64,000 bases of DNA from Klebsormidium nitens (GCA_000708835.1 DF237205.1:56601-120600); one strand, 5' to 3'; counted from the stretch's first letter, positions 38,001 through 49,748 are shown. Made by a program: numbers and translations. The notes: generated from the sequence alone by a model not told the origin.

Positions 38001-41000
38001 CCTTTCCTTTCTTCTCCACGTTCATATTCTGCTTTTTAAAATTCTACGTCCCGTCCCCTTGTCGCTGCGCGGTGGCATGCCAGTCCGTGCAGGACTTGAA
38101 CAGTAAAATTCAGTGGCGACTACTATTTTCACAGGATTGCTGACGTCATCGTCCCTCTGTGCAGGCAACCGGTACAGTCACGCGAGCGGGTTTGCAAGGA
38201 TCATGGAGGATGGGTTGGCCCGGAATCTGCTACAAGTAAGGTTTCTCTCCTCTCGCTTTTCGATGTGGTTTTAAATCTCGTACGGTTGTCCCGCAATGCT
38301 TGTTCTGGTGGGCGGGGAAGATACGGTATTGACGGCATGTGCGCCGTTCGATGGTCAAAGAGCGGGCTATCGGACGACGGAAATAAAGGCTGTACGTGAT
38401 TATTATGCAAGTCAGCACAGCCCTTTAGTTTTGCAATTCAAATAGGCTCCGCAGGCTCATACCTCGAGTCTGAGATTGCAGGTGAGAGGTCGCTACTTTC
38501 AGTTCCAAGAAATGCTTCCACTCATCACCCCAGCCTGTAAGTGCAGGTGGGAATACGCTCCATTACGGGCGAGGGCCGTGCACAGGCCAAGAAGCACTCC
38601 GTGCAGTTCCTTTCATTTGGCAAGTGGGAATGGGCTCCGTAAAGGCTTTTAAACACATAATCCATGTGTCAACTTCAGGTGGGAATACGCTCCATCACGG
38701 GCGAGGGCCGCGCGCAGGCCAACAAGCACCCTTCTTAGCATCTCGCGAGTGGGAAAAGGCCCCGTGAAACATTCTCGCTTACGTTTGAAGTCTTGGTTCT
38801 CAGGTGGGAATACGCTCAATCACGGGCGAGGGCCGCGCGCAGGCCAAGAAATTTGGTGTACGCCAGTTCGAGATGCACTCGTACGAGGACCACCGGGAGT
38901 ACCTGGAAAACCTGACGCTCGGGGAAGGCTGCGCCGGCGTCTATGTCTCCATCGACGTCGACTGTCTAGACCCTGCGTATGCGCCAGGTGGGTTCGACGG
39001 GTTTGAACTTTTTCTAGAATCAGTATCTTTTGTCTCTATGTTTTCGTGGCAGCTTTTCTGTTCTGTAATTGCAAAATGTCTGCGAAAGGTGACGCTTTGA
39101 GAAGGCTGCTCTGGCGTTGGTCGCTCCATCGACGTCGACTGTCTAGACCCTGCGTACGCGTCAGGTGGGTTCGATGAGTCGATCCTATTCTGAGATTAGT
39201 TTCTTTTCCTATTCGATTTGTTTCTTGTTTATGTTTCCTGGCAGCTTTACTGTTGTCTAATTGCAAAATATCTGCGAAAGTTGACGATCGGGAAGGGCTG
39301 CGCCGGCGTCTATACGTCCATCGATGTCGATTGTCTAGACCCTGCGTACGCGCCAGGTGGGTTTGATGGATTCGATCCCATTCTGCGATTATTTCCTTTT
39401 TGTATTTTATTGTCTTTTTCTGTTTGGCAGCTTTTCTATTCTGCATTTGCAAAGTACCTGCGGCAGGTGACGCTGGGAGCGGGCTGGCGCAGCTTTATCG
39501 ACGTCGATTGTCTAGACACTGCGTATGCGCGAGGGGGCAAAACGGGTTTCTAAATACGGTTCCTAAATCAATCTCCTTCCCTTAAATTACTTCTTTCTTT
39601 CTTTTTGCGCTAGTACTTCTTTTGCGTCAGTGATCGTGCGGCTTGTCTGCAAAAGCTGACGGTCCGGAAGGGCTGCGCCGGCCTCTGATCTCCATCGACG
39701 TCGGCTGCCCGGAACCTATGTCCGCGCCAGGTAGGCAAACTGGAATCGAGACTGTCAGGCTTTTCCCTTTTGTTCTTTCCGTTTATTCTGCACGAGCTCA
39801 ACCCGGTATTTCAACCCGGTAATTCCGGTTTTATTGACGAAGAGTGACGCTGTTGGAGGGCTGGGCCGGCATTTATTTCTCCGTTGCAATTGATTGTCTG
39901 GACCCTGCGTTCGTGCCAGGTGGGCAGCTGGGATTGGGGTTGCTTCTTTAGCGTAAAACAATCAGCGGGTTTGCCGCCTACCAGCAAAAGATGACGCTCG
40001 GGGAGGGTCAGCTGGCATGCACACGTTCATCGACGTCGAAAGTTTCTAGACCCGGCGTTTGTACCAGGTGTGAAAGGCGGCGCAGATCATCCGCATAACC
40101 CCAGTGGTACTCTTCATCTAGTAGTAAAGAACCGCATAAACAGAAGGGGAGACGTCGAGCATATCAGGGCTCTTTTTTATTTCACCCGAGCGTAACCCCT
40201 TACCTGATCCTGCGCATTGTCTCCAAATCTCTGGGGTTGATGAAAGCTGACACTGCAAAAAGACATCATTGCATCTTGGTACAATTCAGCGCTTTTTGAA
40301 CTTGACTGCAAAGGCTTAGGCCGAGGGGCGGTGGTGCAGCGAATTTCGCACCCCTCCATGCAAATCGGTCGCGATCAGAAGCATTCACGCCAAGTACGAG
40401 TGTTGAGAAAAGTGTTCTGCAAGCTCCATCGTATCGTTGACCACTTGCCGCTCCAGATTTCGGCGAGATCCTGCGCGTGGATTCCCGTCCCTCAACCGAC
40501 CGGGGATTGTTGAATACACGTGTACTTTGCATACCACCTTCTTGCGCAAGCATACGCTGCAGCTCACTTTTCAAAAGTTGACACGTGTCGCTTCGCGCAG
40601 GCATCTCGCACCACGAGCCCGGCGGCATGTCCTTCCGTGACGTCATGAACGTGCTGCACAACCTCAAGGGGAACATTATTGGCGCTGACGTCGTCGAGTA
40701 CAACCCGCAACGGGACCGAGACTGTGAGTTTTCTCGCCGTTGATGGTTCTGCATGCGGATCGCCCCGTTTGGACGTAGCAGAGCACGCTCGAAGAAATTC
40801 CAGGTTTAGCCAACGACCGAGTCTGCGAAATAATCTGCACTGTGCACCGGTCGTCAAAACCGGGCCACAGGGAGGCATGAGTTCAAAGCTGAAAAGGTTA
40901 AGTTCTCCCGTTCGGACGAGTTAGAGTGGGGTCTCCACCTGGATTGAAGGGTGGCGCGAAGTGTTTGCGGTTCGTCTCGAAGCAGCATTCTCCCTGCCTC

Positions 41001-41760
41001 TTCAGGGTGCAATGAGCTTAGACGTCCCCCTGATTTACAGCAGGGAAAGCAGGGTAGCGAAAGCCACAATCAATCAAAGCGAATTACACTAACCGTAAGG
41101 AGCGACCGCGAAAGCGACATTCCTGTTCTCTCGTCGCCAGAAATGGTTCCTTTGCCGCTTCGTCTGAAGGATGCGTCGTATGGCTCTGACGGTACCCACC
41201 CTAGCGTTTCGCCCGCTAGTTTCATGCTTTGCTTCCCGGTGTTGTCCTTCTCGTAAGCTCTTTATCGACGCCCGCCGTAATCCCTGCGCCCGGTTAGTTG
41301 AAAGGAACCATGCTGCTGCCCGTGCTGCTGCCCGTAAGAGTGTCTCTATTAACAGCTTGTGGACTCGTGTCTTCCGGCGTCACTTCGGTGCTTAATGAGA
41401 GGGAAACGTGGCTTGTGCCGCGAGGCAAAACTGCACAAATTTCAGGAGAGGAGGTGTGGTGATGCCCTTTTGAGTGTTCCTGTCCTGGCGGAGCAGAACG
41501 GCCCGCCTAGAAAGTCTTTGAGTGTATCTACGGTACACTGCCAGCGAGGATTAATAGTGCCGAAGTCTATAGGAAGGCAAGGACGCATACCCTCGGCGCC
41601 TTGTCTAAAGTCAAGCGAAAAAGCAACCCCCGTATGGCCAGGAGAGGAGTAGAACGTCAGATTTGTCCATGCTGACCCTCGCTTCGCTTGTGCTGCAGCA
41701 ATGACGGCGATGGTGGCCGCCAAGTTTGTCCGGGAGCTGGCAGCTAAGATGGCGAAGTAA
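35085..41760 (+). CDS. ARGAH: Plant-type mitochondrial arginase (ureohydrolase, agmatinase-like lineage), 417 aa
   Basis: Exons 35085-35553, 36307-36512, 36975-37113, 38165-38235, 38804-38987, 40601-40723, 41699-41760 (1254 nt, in phase). Motifs: LLGLPLGHNSSFQQ|GPAFAP, MGGDHS, HFDAHPDMYDCFE|GNRYSHAS, VGIRSI, SIDVDCLDPAYAP|GISHHEPGG, GADVVEYNPQRD, AAKFVRELAAK; these follow Arabidopsis ARGAH1/2. Confidence 0.97.
36136..36215 (+). repeat. Degenerate copy of arginase exon-2 acceptor and 5' end
   Basis: ccag|gccctgcgtttttgcccacactgatccgtacgagc...tgccacagcaccaactcgttcac at 36137-36205, compared with true ctag|gccctgcgtttgcccccgccttgatccgtgagagc...tgccacagcaccaactccttcac. Confidence 0.92.
37305..37640 (+). 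repeat. Three copies of arginase exon-3 3' end and donor
   Basis: gactgcttc anchors at 37312, 37477, 37617 versus true 37101. The 37477 copy matches tacgactgcttcgaag|gtgcgcgc exactly over 24 nt. Confidence 0.88.
38540..38735 (+). repeat. Two copies of arginase exon-5 acceptor and 5' end
   Basis: cag|gtgggaatacgctccatYacgggcgagggccgYgcRcaggccaa at 38544 and 38676 versus true 38801. Confidence 0.95.
39050..40075 (+). repeat. Six progressively degenerate copies of arginase exon-5 3' half and donor (period about 188 bp)
   Basis: TGACG anchors at 38913 (true), 39090, 39282, 39468, 39657, 39845, 39992. All carry variants of tgacgctcggggaaggctgcgccggcgtctatgtctccatcgacgtcgactgtctagaccctgcgtatgcgccag|gt. 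Confidence 0.95.
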
Positions 41761-44069
41761 TATGAGGTTAAAATGAGAGCGTTACCCAAAAGCGAAGGGA
41801 GAACATAACAAGCATAACTATGAGATTGGATAATCTTGAGAACCCACCGGCCTTAGACAGGGAACGAGAGAAGAAGAGCGCAAGCACCAAGTTTTGTCTC
41901 GAGTTGTCCCGTGCGAATTAGGGTTTTGGACGGGTAGTGCTTACGATCGGACTCGACAGTGAGATTGATGCATTGTCTCTTCCGGCGATTGAATCCTGAT
42001 GAATTGCAGGCGACAGCGAAACTTCAAGGTCGGCAGTTTGCCCGGCACTGTACGGATCTTTCAAGTCGTTGCCGTCGAATTGAATTGATCGTACAGAAAG
42101 TATGTTAAATCTGGATAAAAGATGTCCTCTGCCGCGTGCGCAGTTGAGCTTCGTAATCTGACTTTCCGCGAACTCCAGGAAAGGTTTGCTATGAACCATG
42201 GTCACCGGGTGCCAAGGTAACATGACAAATGCAAATTGACCAAATGCCAATCAAGTGCGTAGCTGGTCCGGTATGGGCACGCCGTGGCACTCACACACCT
42301 TCGAATGCGATGATGTGCTCGGGCCGGAAACTGAGTCAGATTTGCATAGATTAAATCATAAAACCTCAGCCTCGATCTTCATCGTCGAGATATATGTTTC
42401 AGTCATTATATGTGACTAGTACCATGATCAAAAAGCTGCAGATTGATCATCTGCAATGGCACTTTGCGGATCAGATCACTGACCTTTGATTGCCGCCGCG
42501 CCGTTGATGAAGACTTCGACGGTGCCAGAGGCATGACACAGATCATGGCGCGCAAATCGATCGCGTGCACATGGTGCAACCGTTCACAAAGTTCGTTTTG
42601 TCGACGGTCTGATATTTCAATGACCCCGGCCTCAAGCATGAGAATGGTTTATACAAGTGACCGTCGACTTTTTAGAACAATCGCGTACTCCACTATAATC
42701 AATTTGATCAATTGTCACGGATCCAGGCTTAAAATCACGATAATGGATCCAAGTCGCAGTTCCAGAGCTTGTGTTTGGGCGCAATTTCAAGAGTTACTAA
42801 CTTAAGTTCGGTCTGCAACAAGATTACAAAATGCACATGATATAGCCTTGTCGACTTGTCGATTCCCTTGAAAAGCGGATAGCATGTTAAGATTCTGGGC
42901 GGCCGGTCAAGCACAGGCAAGTTTAAACAGGCTCTGGTCACTGTTCAAAGCCACTGAGAGGGCTTCAGGCTTCTCAGGACGGATACTTCGATGGACCTCA
43001 CTGAGTCCGACGTCACGTCGCTCAGCTTCCTATATTAGAGGGGCGACTTCCTTGCCACTTATCCGGTCAGCATTGTCTTTGCCTCAAAGACCGTCGATAC
43101 CGTTTAGTGACCCTTAGCTTTAGTATTGGCGTTCCTGCATCTACACATGGCGAGGTGCATGTAGAAAATTCAGTCTCAGTTTTCCATACGTCATCAATTG
43201 GGCAGTCGGAACTGCTGAACCTGCTGTGGGTATCCAACATGGTACCCGACTGAGGACCAAGAGGATCGAGCAGGAGGGGGAGGCTAGGTGTGCTTTCAGG
43301 CGACTTTGTTGAACCTAATCGCAGTTTTACCTTAATTGGACCAGTCGCTGGAGAATCAGCCGTTCAACAACCATTCATCAGCGGCTCACCTCCAAACCGG
43401 TGAATTGCCTTTTAGCAAACAAGCAACATCCGTTTCGCGACTTTTAAACATCAATGGCTAGCAACTGATCTCGTGACTATTTTGCAGCTAGCTTGAGCAC
43501 CGTATTGAATTGCAAATCACCTTTCAGCAAGTGTCGAGGGCCGTTGACTGATCGATTGATCAAACCTGATCACTTGGATATAGTTGACATAAATTTCACT
43601 GATACAAGCGTCAATTCGAAGCAGTCTAACATCGAGCGGACGTTGGCGTGATCATTGATCGGACCGCCCCCCCGTGGCAAAAATTCTTCGCCATAGTCGA
43701 TGCATCTGTGGCTGATCATTTGAAAAGACTGAAACGTACATGATATATAAAGGTGAGCTGGGCAGAGATTTGTAAATGCTCATACAAGTGCAGGCCAACA
43801 AGAAAAAGCCGCACTATTTCAGTAAAGACATCAGGTTATTACTTTCCTGGTGTCAAATGACATACCAGCTGAACTTCATACCAAACGGACCCTGAGGAAT
43901 GTTTGAAAAACTTTCATCGACCGAGTCGCAGAGGCTGCTAGTAGAGCTACTGCAACTCTCACATAGTTTCTACTCATGTCACTTACATTAACGCGATCAA
44001 TGTTACGCAAACATGTTCAAGTGCGAACGCTATGATCGTGACATCCTTAATCACTGGGCGTATTAAAAC

Positions 44070-44285
44070 TTATCTTTCAGGCTTTGCTTTTCTGAAGAGC
44101 TTGAAACAAGCGAAGCTCTCAAAGTAGTTAGCCACCTTCCTGTGCATCTCCTCATCCCTCCTCTTCTTCTCCATTTTCTCCGCTTTTTGTACCTCCATGT
44201 ATCTCACGTATGCTTCATGTATTGCCGTGATTTCGCTCTCCGTTGTCCGTATTTCTCCACGAGAATCTGGTGAAGTGCCTCCCAT
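44070..44285 (-). CDS. Possible small Lys/Glu/Arg-rich coiled-coil ORF (71 aa) divergent from POLD4
   Basis: True ATG at 44285; EVQKAEKMEKKRRDEEMHRK has coding-like purine bias. No recognisable family and no spliced partner found. Confidence 0.25.
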   Translation of the reverse strand: MGGTSPDSRGEIRTTESEITAIHEAYVRYMEVQKAEKMEKKRRDEEMHRKVANYFESFACFKLFRKAKPER

Positions 44286-44821
44286 CCTGGTTGCACCTCA
44301 GGTTTACTCACTACTAGCAAGCTTTAGCAGATCTGTGTCAAAATATCATTTGATGTTCTTTCACTTCTCTGAGACCCCCCAGTGGGGGCCGTGGCGGCAA
44401 GCTTCTGGTCGGCCCCGTCCGGTGCTCCCAGACCTTTCAGGAATCAGAGTCAGTGGAAAGAGCGTTGTTCTCGGCTGCCGACGATCCTTTGCGCGGACAT
44501 TTGCCACGGAGACACTTATCCGAGAGTGCAGCTAGCCCCGGGCGCCGCGCGCCGCGGCGCCTACAGTCACGCGGCGGCCGCGCCAGGTAATGACCGCGGA
44601 ACTGCGGCGGGCGCCTCAGCTGGCCCGAGGTTTGGGGTTTTGGTCGGTACTCGCGACCGTGGAGTTTTAGCGAACGACTACCGTTGCTTTGTGTGATCAT
44701 CGGACGGGTTCAAAACCGTTGCTATGTCAACCGTCGATCGATTGCCGGATCGAACCGCTACTCAGGGCCGAGGATCCTAACGGGCAGAAGGTTAGCGCTG
44801 CTGGTTGACTGGACCCCCTGG

Positions 44822-44830
44822 TTAGGGTTT
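44822..44830. promoter_or_regulatory. Telo-box (TTAGGGTTT) upstream of POLD4
   Basis: Exact motif about 290 bp upstream of the ATG, downstream of a very GC-rich stretch (44525-44610). Confidence 0.4.
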
Positions 44831-45049
44831 GGGCAGCCTGACGCTGCCTGAGGGCAACAGCTCACGTTATGCATGCGGCCTGAGGCCCGAGGGGAAGGAG
44901 GCAGCGAACACAGGAAAGAGCAAGAAAGCGGGCGGATTGAAAGGCGGTGGAAAGAAGACGGGGACTGTTACAGACCGCTCCATCCTTTGTGCTAGTTGCA
45001 GGGCCGAGGCTTTGCAGACAGGCTGCTCGCCAGCTGTGCAGCGAGCAAG

Positions 45050-45057
45050 TTTCCCGC
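45050..45057 (+). promoter_or_regulatory. E2F consensus site TTTCCCGC
   Basis: Exact TTTSSCGS match 65 bp upstream of a DNA replication gene ATG, the expected context for E2F sites. Confidence 0.55.
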
Positions 45058-45121
45058 AGCCTGACGTTCTTCGCTGCATTCTGCTGATCAGAGCCCTGTC
45101 TGCAATCACACCGCTTCCAAG

Positions 45122-47441
45122 ATGAGCTCCCAAAAATCTCTGGGCGACTTCTTCCAGCTGCGGAAGCCCCGTGGGGCCGCCGCTGGCGGCCGGAAACAGT
45201 CGAAGCTCAGCCAGAGCAGCCAGGCCGCCAGCCGGGAGGAACAGAAATCCGCTCAACCGGCAAATGATGGGTTTCTTGAGGCAGAGTTGGATGTGCGGCA
45301 AGCGACAGGGAGGGAGGGGGCGAGCTTGGGGTCCGTGGGGGCATACGGGCTGGAAGCAAGCGACGGTAAGAAAGGGCACCGGGCAACCCTGAGAAGCAGG
45401 GGATGGACAGGTGGCAGCCTCTTTGCAGTGACATTGTCCACAGCGACTTCAGGAGTTTCCGAATCTAGCAAGAAATTGGCGGGTTGGATTCCCCCTCCAT
45501 AGCTGGTGTCTTTTGGAGTGCTCTGTTCCGTATTACAGCGAGCTGGTTTTCTGTGATGTGCGTATCAAAGCGGGCGGGCAGCATCTGGTTACATCAGTGG
45601 GCAGTCGGAGGCGGTTCCTATGTGCTTCGGATGGCGACTAATTTGGGTGCAGTATTTCATGTGCCCCACCTCTGTCGCCACAGAATGTGCCCACTGGAAT
45701 CTTTTTTTCGAGATGGAAGCGCGGAAAGCCTATCTGCATCATAGGAAGGACAGATTATAAGTAGCAGTTCTGGTTCACAGGGTGCCTGGGGTGGGCTTTG
45801 ACTGGACCCCTGAACTGCAGAATGAGCGTGACGCTCAAAGCGCAGTCAACAGATTCTGTCAGCGTTACTTGGCGGGTGTCCAAAGACGGGATTTGACTTC
45901 CTTCAAAGTCTGCAAGCCTCTCAAATGGCCCTTTCGGGCCCGCCTTCGGAAGTTCTGCGATTGCAATTGCTTCGCACTGTGCGCTCCATCCCACTGGCAT
46001 GTGCGGAAGACTTCGACAGCTGGCGCTTATTGTGCGCAGCATCGTAGCGCGTTGTGTCCACCGATGTTGCAGCCGACTTTGTGAATTATGCCGACTGGGT
46101 GGAATCAAAGGATTGTAGACACTCTTATAGACAGCCTCTTGAGTTCCACTTGGGGAATATCAGAGCATGTAAGGAAGGAGGATGTCAGGCTTTCTGAAGT
46201 GACTTGACCAGTGACATCGTGTCTTCAACTCTTAGTGTGATGAGAAGTTGGTTGACCTTGCAATGCAGATTGCCCCCCAGCCACGCGGTTGCTTGACCCA
46301 TCTCTATCACGTGGTGAAGTGTTGGCGTCAGGATTAAGCAAGCTGAAGGCGATTTAATGTGTGGTGTTGGCAAAAGCCTTGGGGGACAGAGCATCATTCC
46401 AGGCAGATTTTTGAGGTCCAGCATGCACCGTGCCGTCTCCTTGAGGGGAATGATCAAACTTCCCAAGACAACCTAGCCTAACCAGATGACTGGATTGCAT
46501 TTCCGTTTCGGAACTTACATGTTCAGTTTCTCTCTCCTCTTGTACCTACTGTAGTTGTTCTCGGCAAGCCCTTGCTTGCCCGAATTTCATAAGGCATACC
46601 CTGTACGCATAATCAAACATTCGACGGCTTTGCCTTGATCGGTGATGGCTTCTTGGAAAATTTTCTGATCTTCTTTTCTGTTGAAGATTTCATGAGCTTT
46701 TTGGGGCCTTGGCGCAGTCCAGCCTAGAGTGTGTTAACATCTGCACACTCACGTAGCCACTGCTATCTACGTTCCATATTACTTCAAGTTGGGGCTGCGG
46801 TGGTTTCGAACTTCTCTGTTCCAGATTGCTGATTGGCCGGATTGTATCATTCCTTCCTTGTACGTCACTTCAGCACAGACAGTGGGGCGTAAGAATCGCT
46901 TGAGGGCGGAGCTTTTAGAATTCTCCTTACTGAAACGGGCAGTGCATCGCAGTGACCAGTATCCTGCACTAAGTACAGCTTTTGATTCACAGACTGGTCC
47001 AAAACGCGTCTCACCTCTTTCTGTTTGATATCGCCTTAACAAGAAGGAGTTTATTCTGCGGATTTGATCTGTAATCCAAGCCGGTTCCACTCCCTTTCGT
47101 GACGGCATCTAGGGTCAGAAGAAGGTTCAAAACGCATCTCACGTTTTCCAGTTCATCATCTCAATCATCTCAACCAGATTCCCGCAGTCATCCGCTCAAA
47201 AGGCAGGTCTGAGACTCAAACTTCCTGCTTCTTCCTTTTCTTCGCAGAGGACGAGGTAGACCCCGCGGAGCAGATGCTTCGGGACTTCGATCTCGACTAC
47301 AAGTTCGGGCCGTGCCTATCCACCACGCGCTTAGAGCGGTGGGAACGGGCGGAGCGTCTCGGGCTCCATCCCCCTAAAGCAGTGAAGCAACTTTTACACG
47401 CCGGAGAGAGGAACGAGTGCCTGTGGGCCGGACGAGTTTGA
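45122..47441 (+). CDS. POLD4: DNA polymerase delta subunit 4 (p12), 145 aa
   Basis: Exons 45122-45365 and 47248-47441 (phase 1, GT-AG). Signature LRDFDLDYKFGPCLSTTRLERWERAERLGLHPP..V; N-terminal PIP box QKSLGDFF; C-terminal CLW. Confidence 0.95.
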
Positions 47442-48512
47442 GTTAGCGTGCTTCGGATTGTCTGTACATATGCTGCTTCGCACCAACTTTCATACGAGCT
47501 TGCTTGAACATGGATTTGGGTATTCCACAAACTCTTTTGCGGATCTAGTATTTTGCGCACTTATCAAAGAAAACTCTGACCCTTGATTCGTGTCTAACAA
47601 ACCGTTGAAAGCGCATTGAATCCATGTGAGCACACGAAGTTGCGTATAATGCTATTAATGCCTGATATATTGCGTCAGCTGCAAAGTCACGTATAAGTCA
47701 AACACCGTAAGCACTGCTGCGGCGGGGCCCACATTATTCAGATCAGCTGCCGCCGATTTTGGGCGAACCTGACCAGGTTCAATTACCCAAATCATGGCCG
47801 TTTGCGCAGCTCAGCAGCTACAATCTGATTGCCCATGCATGAGCCGAGCCGGAAATTTAGGATTTGCATCTAGGACTATGTTAATTCATACTGATTCAAT
47901 GGATAAGACGGGCAGTGACGTATATCATGTGCTATGACCGTCCGACGGCCTGCAACGAACATGCAACGGATCTAGTATAAATCCTGGCATATATTGCCCA
48001 TGTACACCGATGAGTTCGATGAATGCCGCGCGATGGCGCCGCCCGCTTATGAATTCAACTGCAAGCCTGACTCACGATCTGCATATGCTGACCGTCTGCA
48101 TACATTGGTTAGTGGGCTGCAGGGGCCGCAATCAAAAGTATGCGTTGGAGATAGTGACAGCTATATAATGCCGTCGGACGTGCTCAGTTCCATGGCAATG
48201 ACTGTATGATTGTCAGGCTTGGTCCGAACCACATAAGCATTGAGTCCACCCCTAAAAGTCGGATGTTGGAGACAATGTCACAGACATCATTTGGGCAGAA
48301 TGGTTCTCAGTGACCCTCAATGTCAACTACTCGACATCAAGGTCTGAGCTTTCAGAGGGGAGCAAAGCTGCAAGCTCCAAGATCTGCCACTCTTTGACTT
48401 TCATTAATTGACAATTGATTTAGTGCGACATGCTTCCAACTTAATTACTAACCTCAACACCTCTTTAAAACTTGTGTCAGCATCTTCAGCTTTGGTTGTC
48501 TGAGGCTATACT

Positions 48513-49748
48513 TTACGACCGTGAGGACCCAGTCAATAACTCAAGTTCCCCCACTTGCACATTTGACTCATTCTCCGGCCTAATTTGCTGTGCTACACCC
48601 TCTTCTACAGCTGGTTCGTCCCGAGCAGCAAGCTTTGCAAGCTTGCATTGAATGTCCCTAATCTCCTCCTTGTAATACTTCAGCCGCCAGTTCCCCAAGA
48701 CAAAGTATACAATCAATATACCCACGACGTCCGCGGTGACGATAGCCAGGTACATCCACCATGATGAGCCAAAGAACGTACCAATTTCCCCGCAAAACTG
48801 AGAGTTGTTTGTGGACCAGATGAGGCCCGCTATTGCAAAAGCAATGACGAACGCCAGGATCGGCACCATGTAGAAAGGTGCCGAGGATATGAGGAGGAGC
48901 AACAAGTCCTTTGAAAGTCGCCACCCGCCCCCATCAGTCTTCATAAAATGATTGTCCTCCAATTCTTTAGAAGTCCCCCCTTGCATGAACGCCCGAAAGA
49001 GGACGACTTTTCTTTTGGAGACTGCCCCAGATAGGCTCTGGTCGATGGCAAACAACGTCAGGGTCGCACCCATGAAAACTAGGAACGCGAAAAGGACCGT
49101 CCCCAGTCCCTTTAATTGAGCGCTAGTCTTGTCCACGAGACACCCCTGATACATGATAAGCAGAATGTTGACCAACTGCTCAAAATCATCGGGGATTGTA
49201 CTGTCTTCTGGAATTGGCAAATTGAACACGACCTGGCTTTCCTGGCCCCCGGTCCCACAAATGATGCTCAGATTGAGCGCACGGTCTGGGGCCAAGATAC
49301 ACCCCTTGAACTGGTGTGCACCATCCGGATCGTGGCAGCAGGTTGGAAGCTGGGTGATTGTGGGCGATAATTCCACAGCAGGATCGCCGCTGTCGCTAGA
49401 TAAGAGCTTGGTAAAGACCTCCACTTGTTTGCCCAACGCGCAGCAATCAAAGGAGAAAGCCGCAGACTGCTGCAGATTTGCGAAGGGAGATGATGAGCAG
49501 CAATCGGCCCTGCCAACAAGCCCATTGGTGAAGATGAAATTGAGGCAAAACACAAACAGGGACAGATACACCGTAAGGAGAGCAAAACTTCGGCTGTGGC
49601 CTTGGTTGACCAGGTCCCTTTGCTCATCATACAAACTTTTGATGTTGCTCTCAAAAGTGCTAATGTTGATGTTGTCAGAAGCATCGTATTGCGCCGATGG
49701 TAAGAGTTTGGCACTTGCATCAGCGCTGGTTGCATTTGGTGCATCCAT
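48513..49748 (-). CDS. Intronless hypothetical 4-TM membrane protein with a Cys-rich large loop, 411 aa
   Basis: Uninterrupted ORF; first ATG at 49748 (the track start at 49844 is TTG). Four hydrophobic segments: SFALLTVYLSLFVFCLNFIF, LGTVLFAFLVFMGATLTLFAI, LLLLLISSAPFYMVPILAFVIAFAIAGLIW, WWMYLAIVTADVVGILIVYFVL. Charged C-terminal tail. Confidence 0.85.
   Translation of the reverse strand: MDAPNATSADASAKLLPSAQYDASDNINISTFESNIKSLYDEQRDLVNQGHSRSFALLTVYLSLFVFCLNFIFTNGLVGRADCCSSSPFANLQQSAAFSFDCCALGKQVEVFTKLLSSDSGDPAVELSPTITQLPTCCHDPDGAHQFKGCILAPDRALNLSIICGTGGQESQVVFNLPIPEDSTIPDDFEQLVNILLIMYQGCLVDKTSAQLKGLGTVLFAFLVFMGATLTLFAIDQSLSGAVSKRKVVLFRAFMQGGTSKELEDNHFMKTDGGGWRLSKDLLLLLISSAPFYMVPILAFVIAFAIAGLIWSTNNSQFCGEIGTFFGSSWWMYLAIVTADVVGILIVYFVLGNWRLKYYKEEIRDIQCKLAKLAARDEPAVEEGVAQQIRPENESNVQVGELELLTGSSRS

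Noticed and set aside
38900-40075. Regularly spaced repeats resembling a CRISPR array
   Set aside because: The repeats are degenerate copies of the host exon, about 85 nt long with spacers of about 100 nt, inside a spliceosomal intron, and no cas genes are present. The same applies to the 62-bp pair at 1075-1195.
13323-41760. Metabolic gene cluster (GGCT, Nudix, DTA, arginase)
   Set aside because: The enzymes do not form a known connected pathway and are interspersed with unrelated genes. Only the DTA/arginase divergent arrangement was kept.
46236-46347. C/D-box snoRNA candidate in the POLD4 intron (GTGATGA...CTGA)
   Set aside because: No terminal stem and no recognisable rRNA-antisense element; such boxes occur readily by chance.
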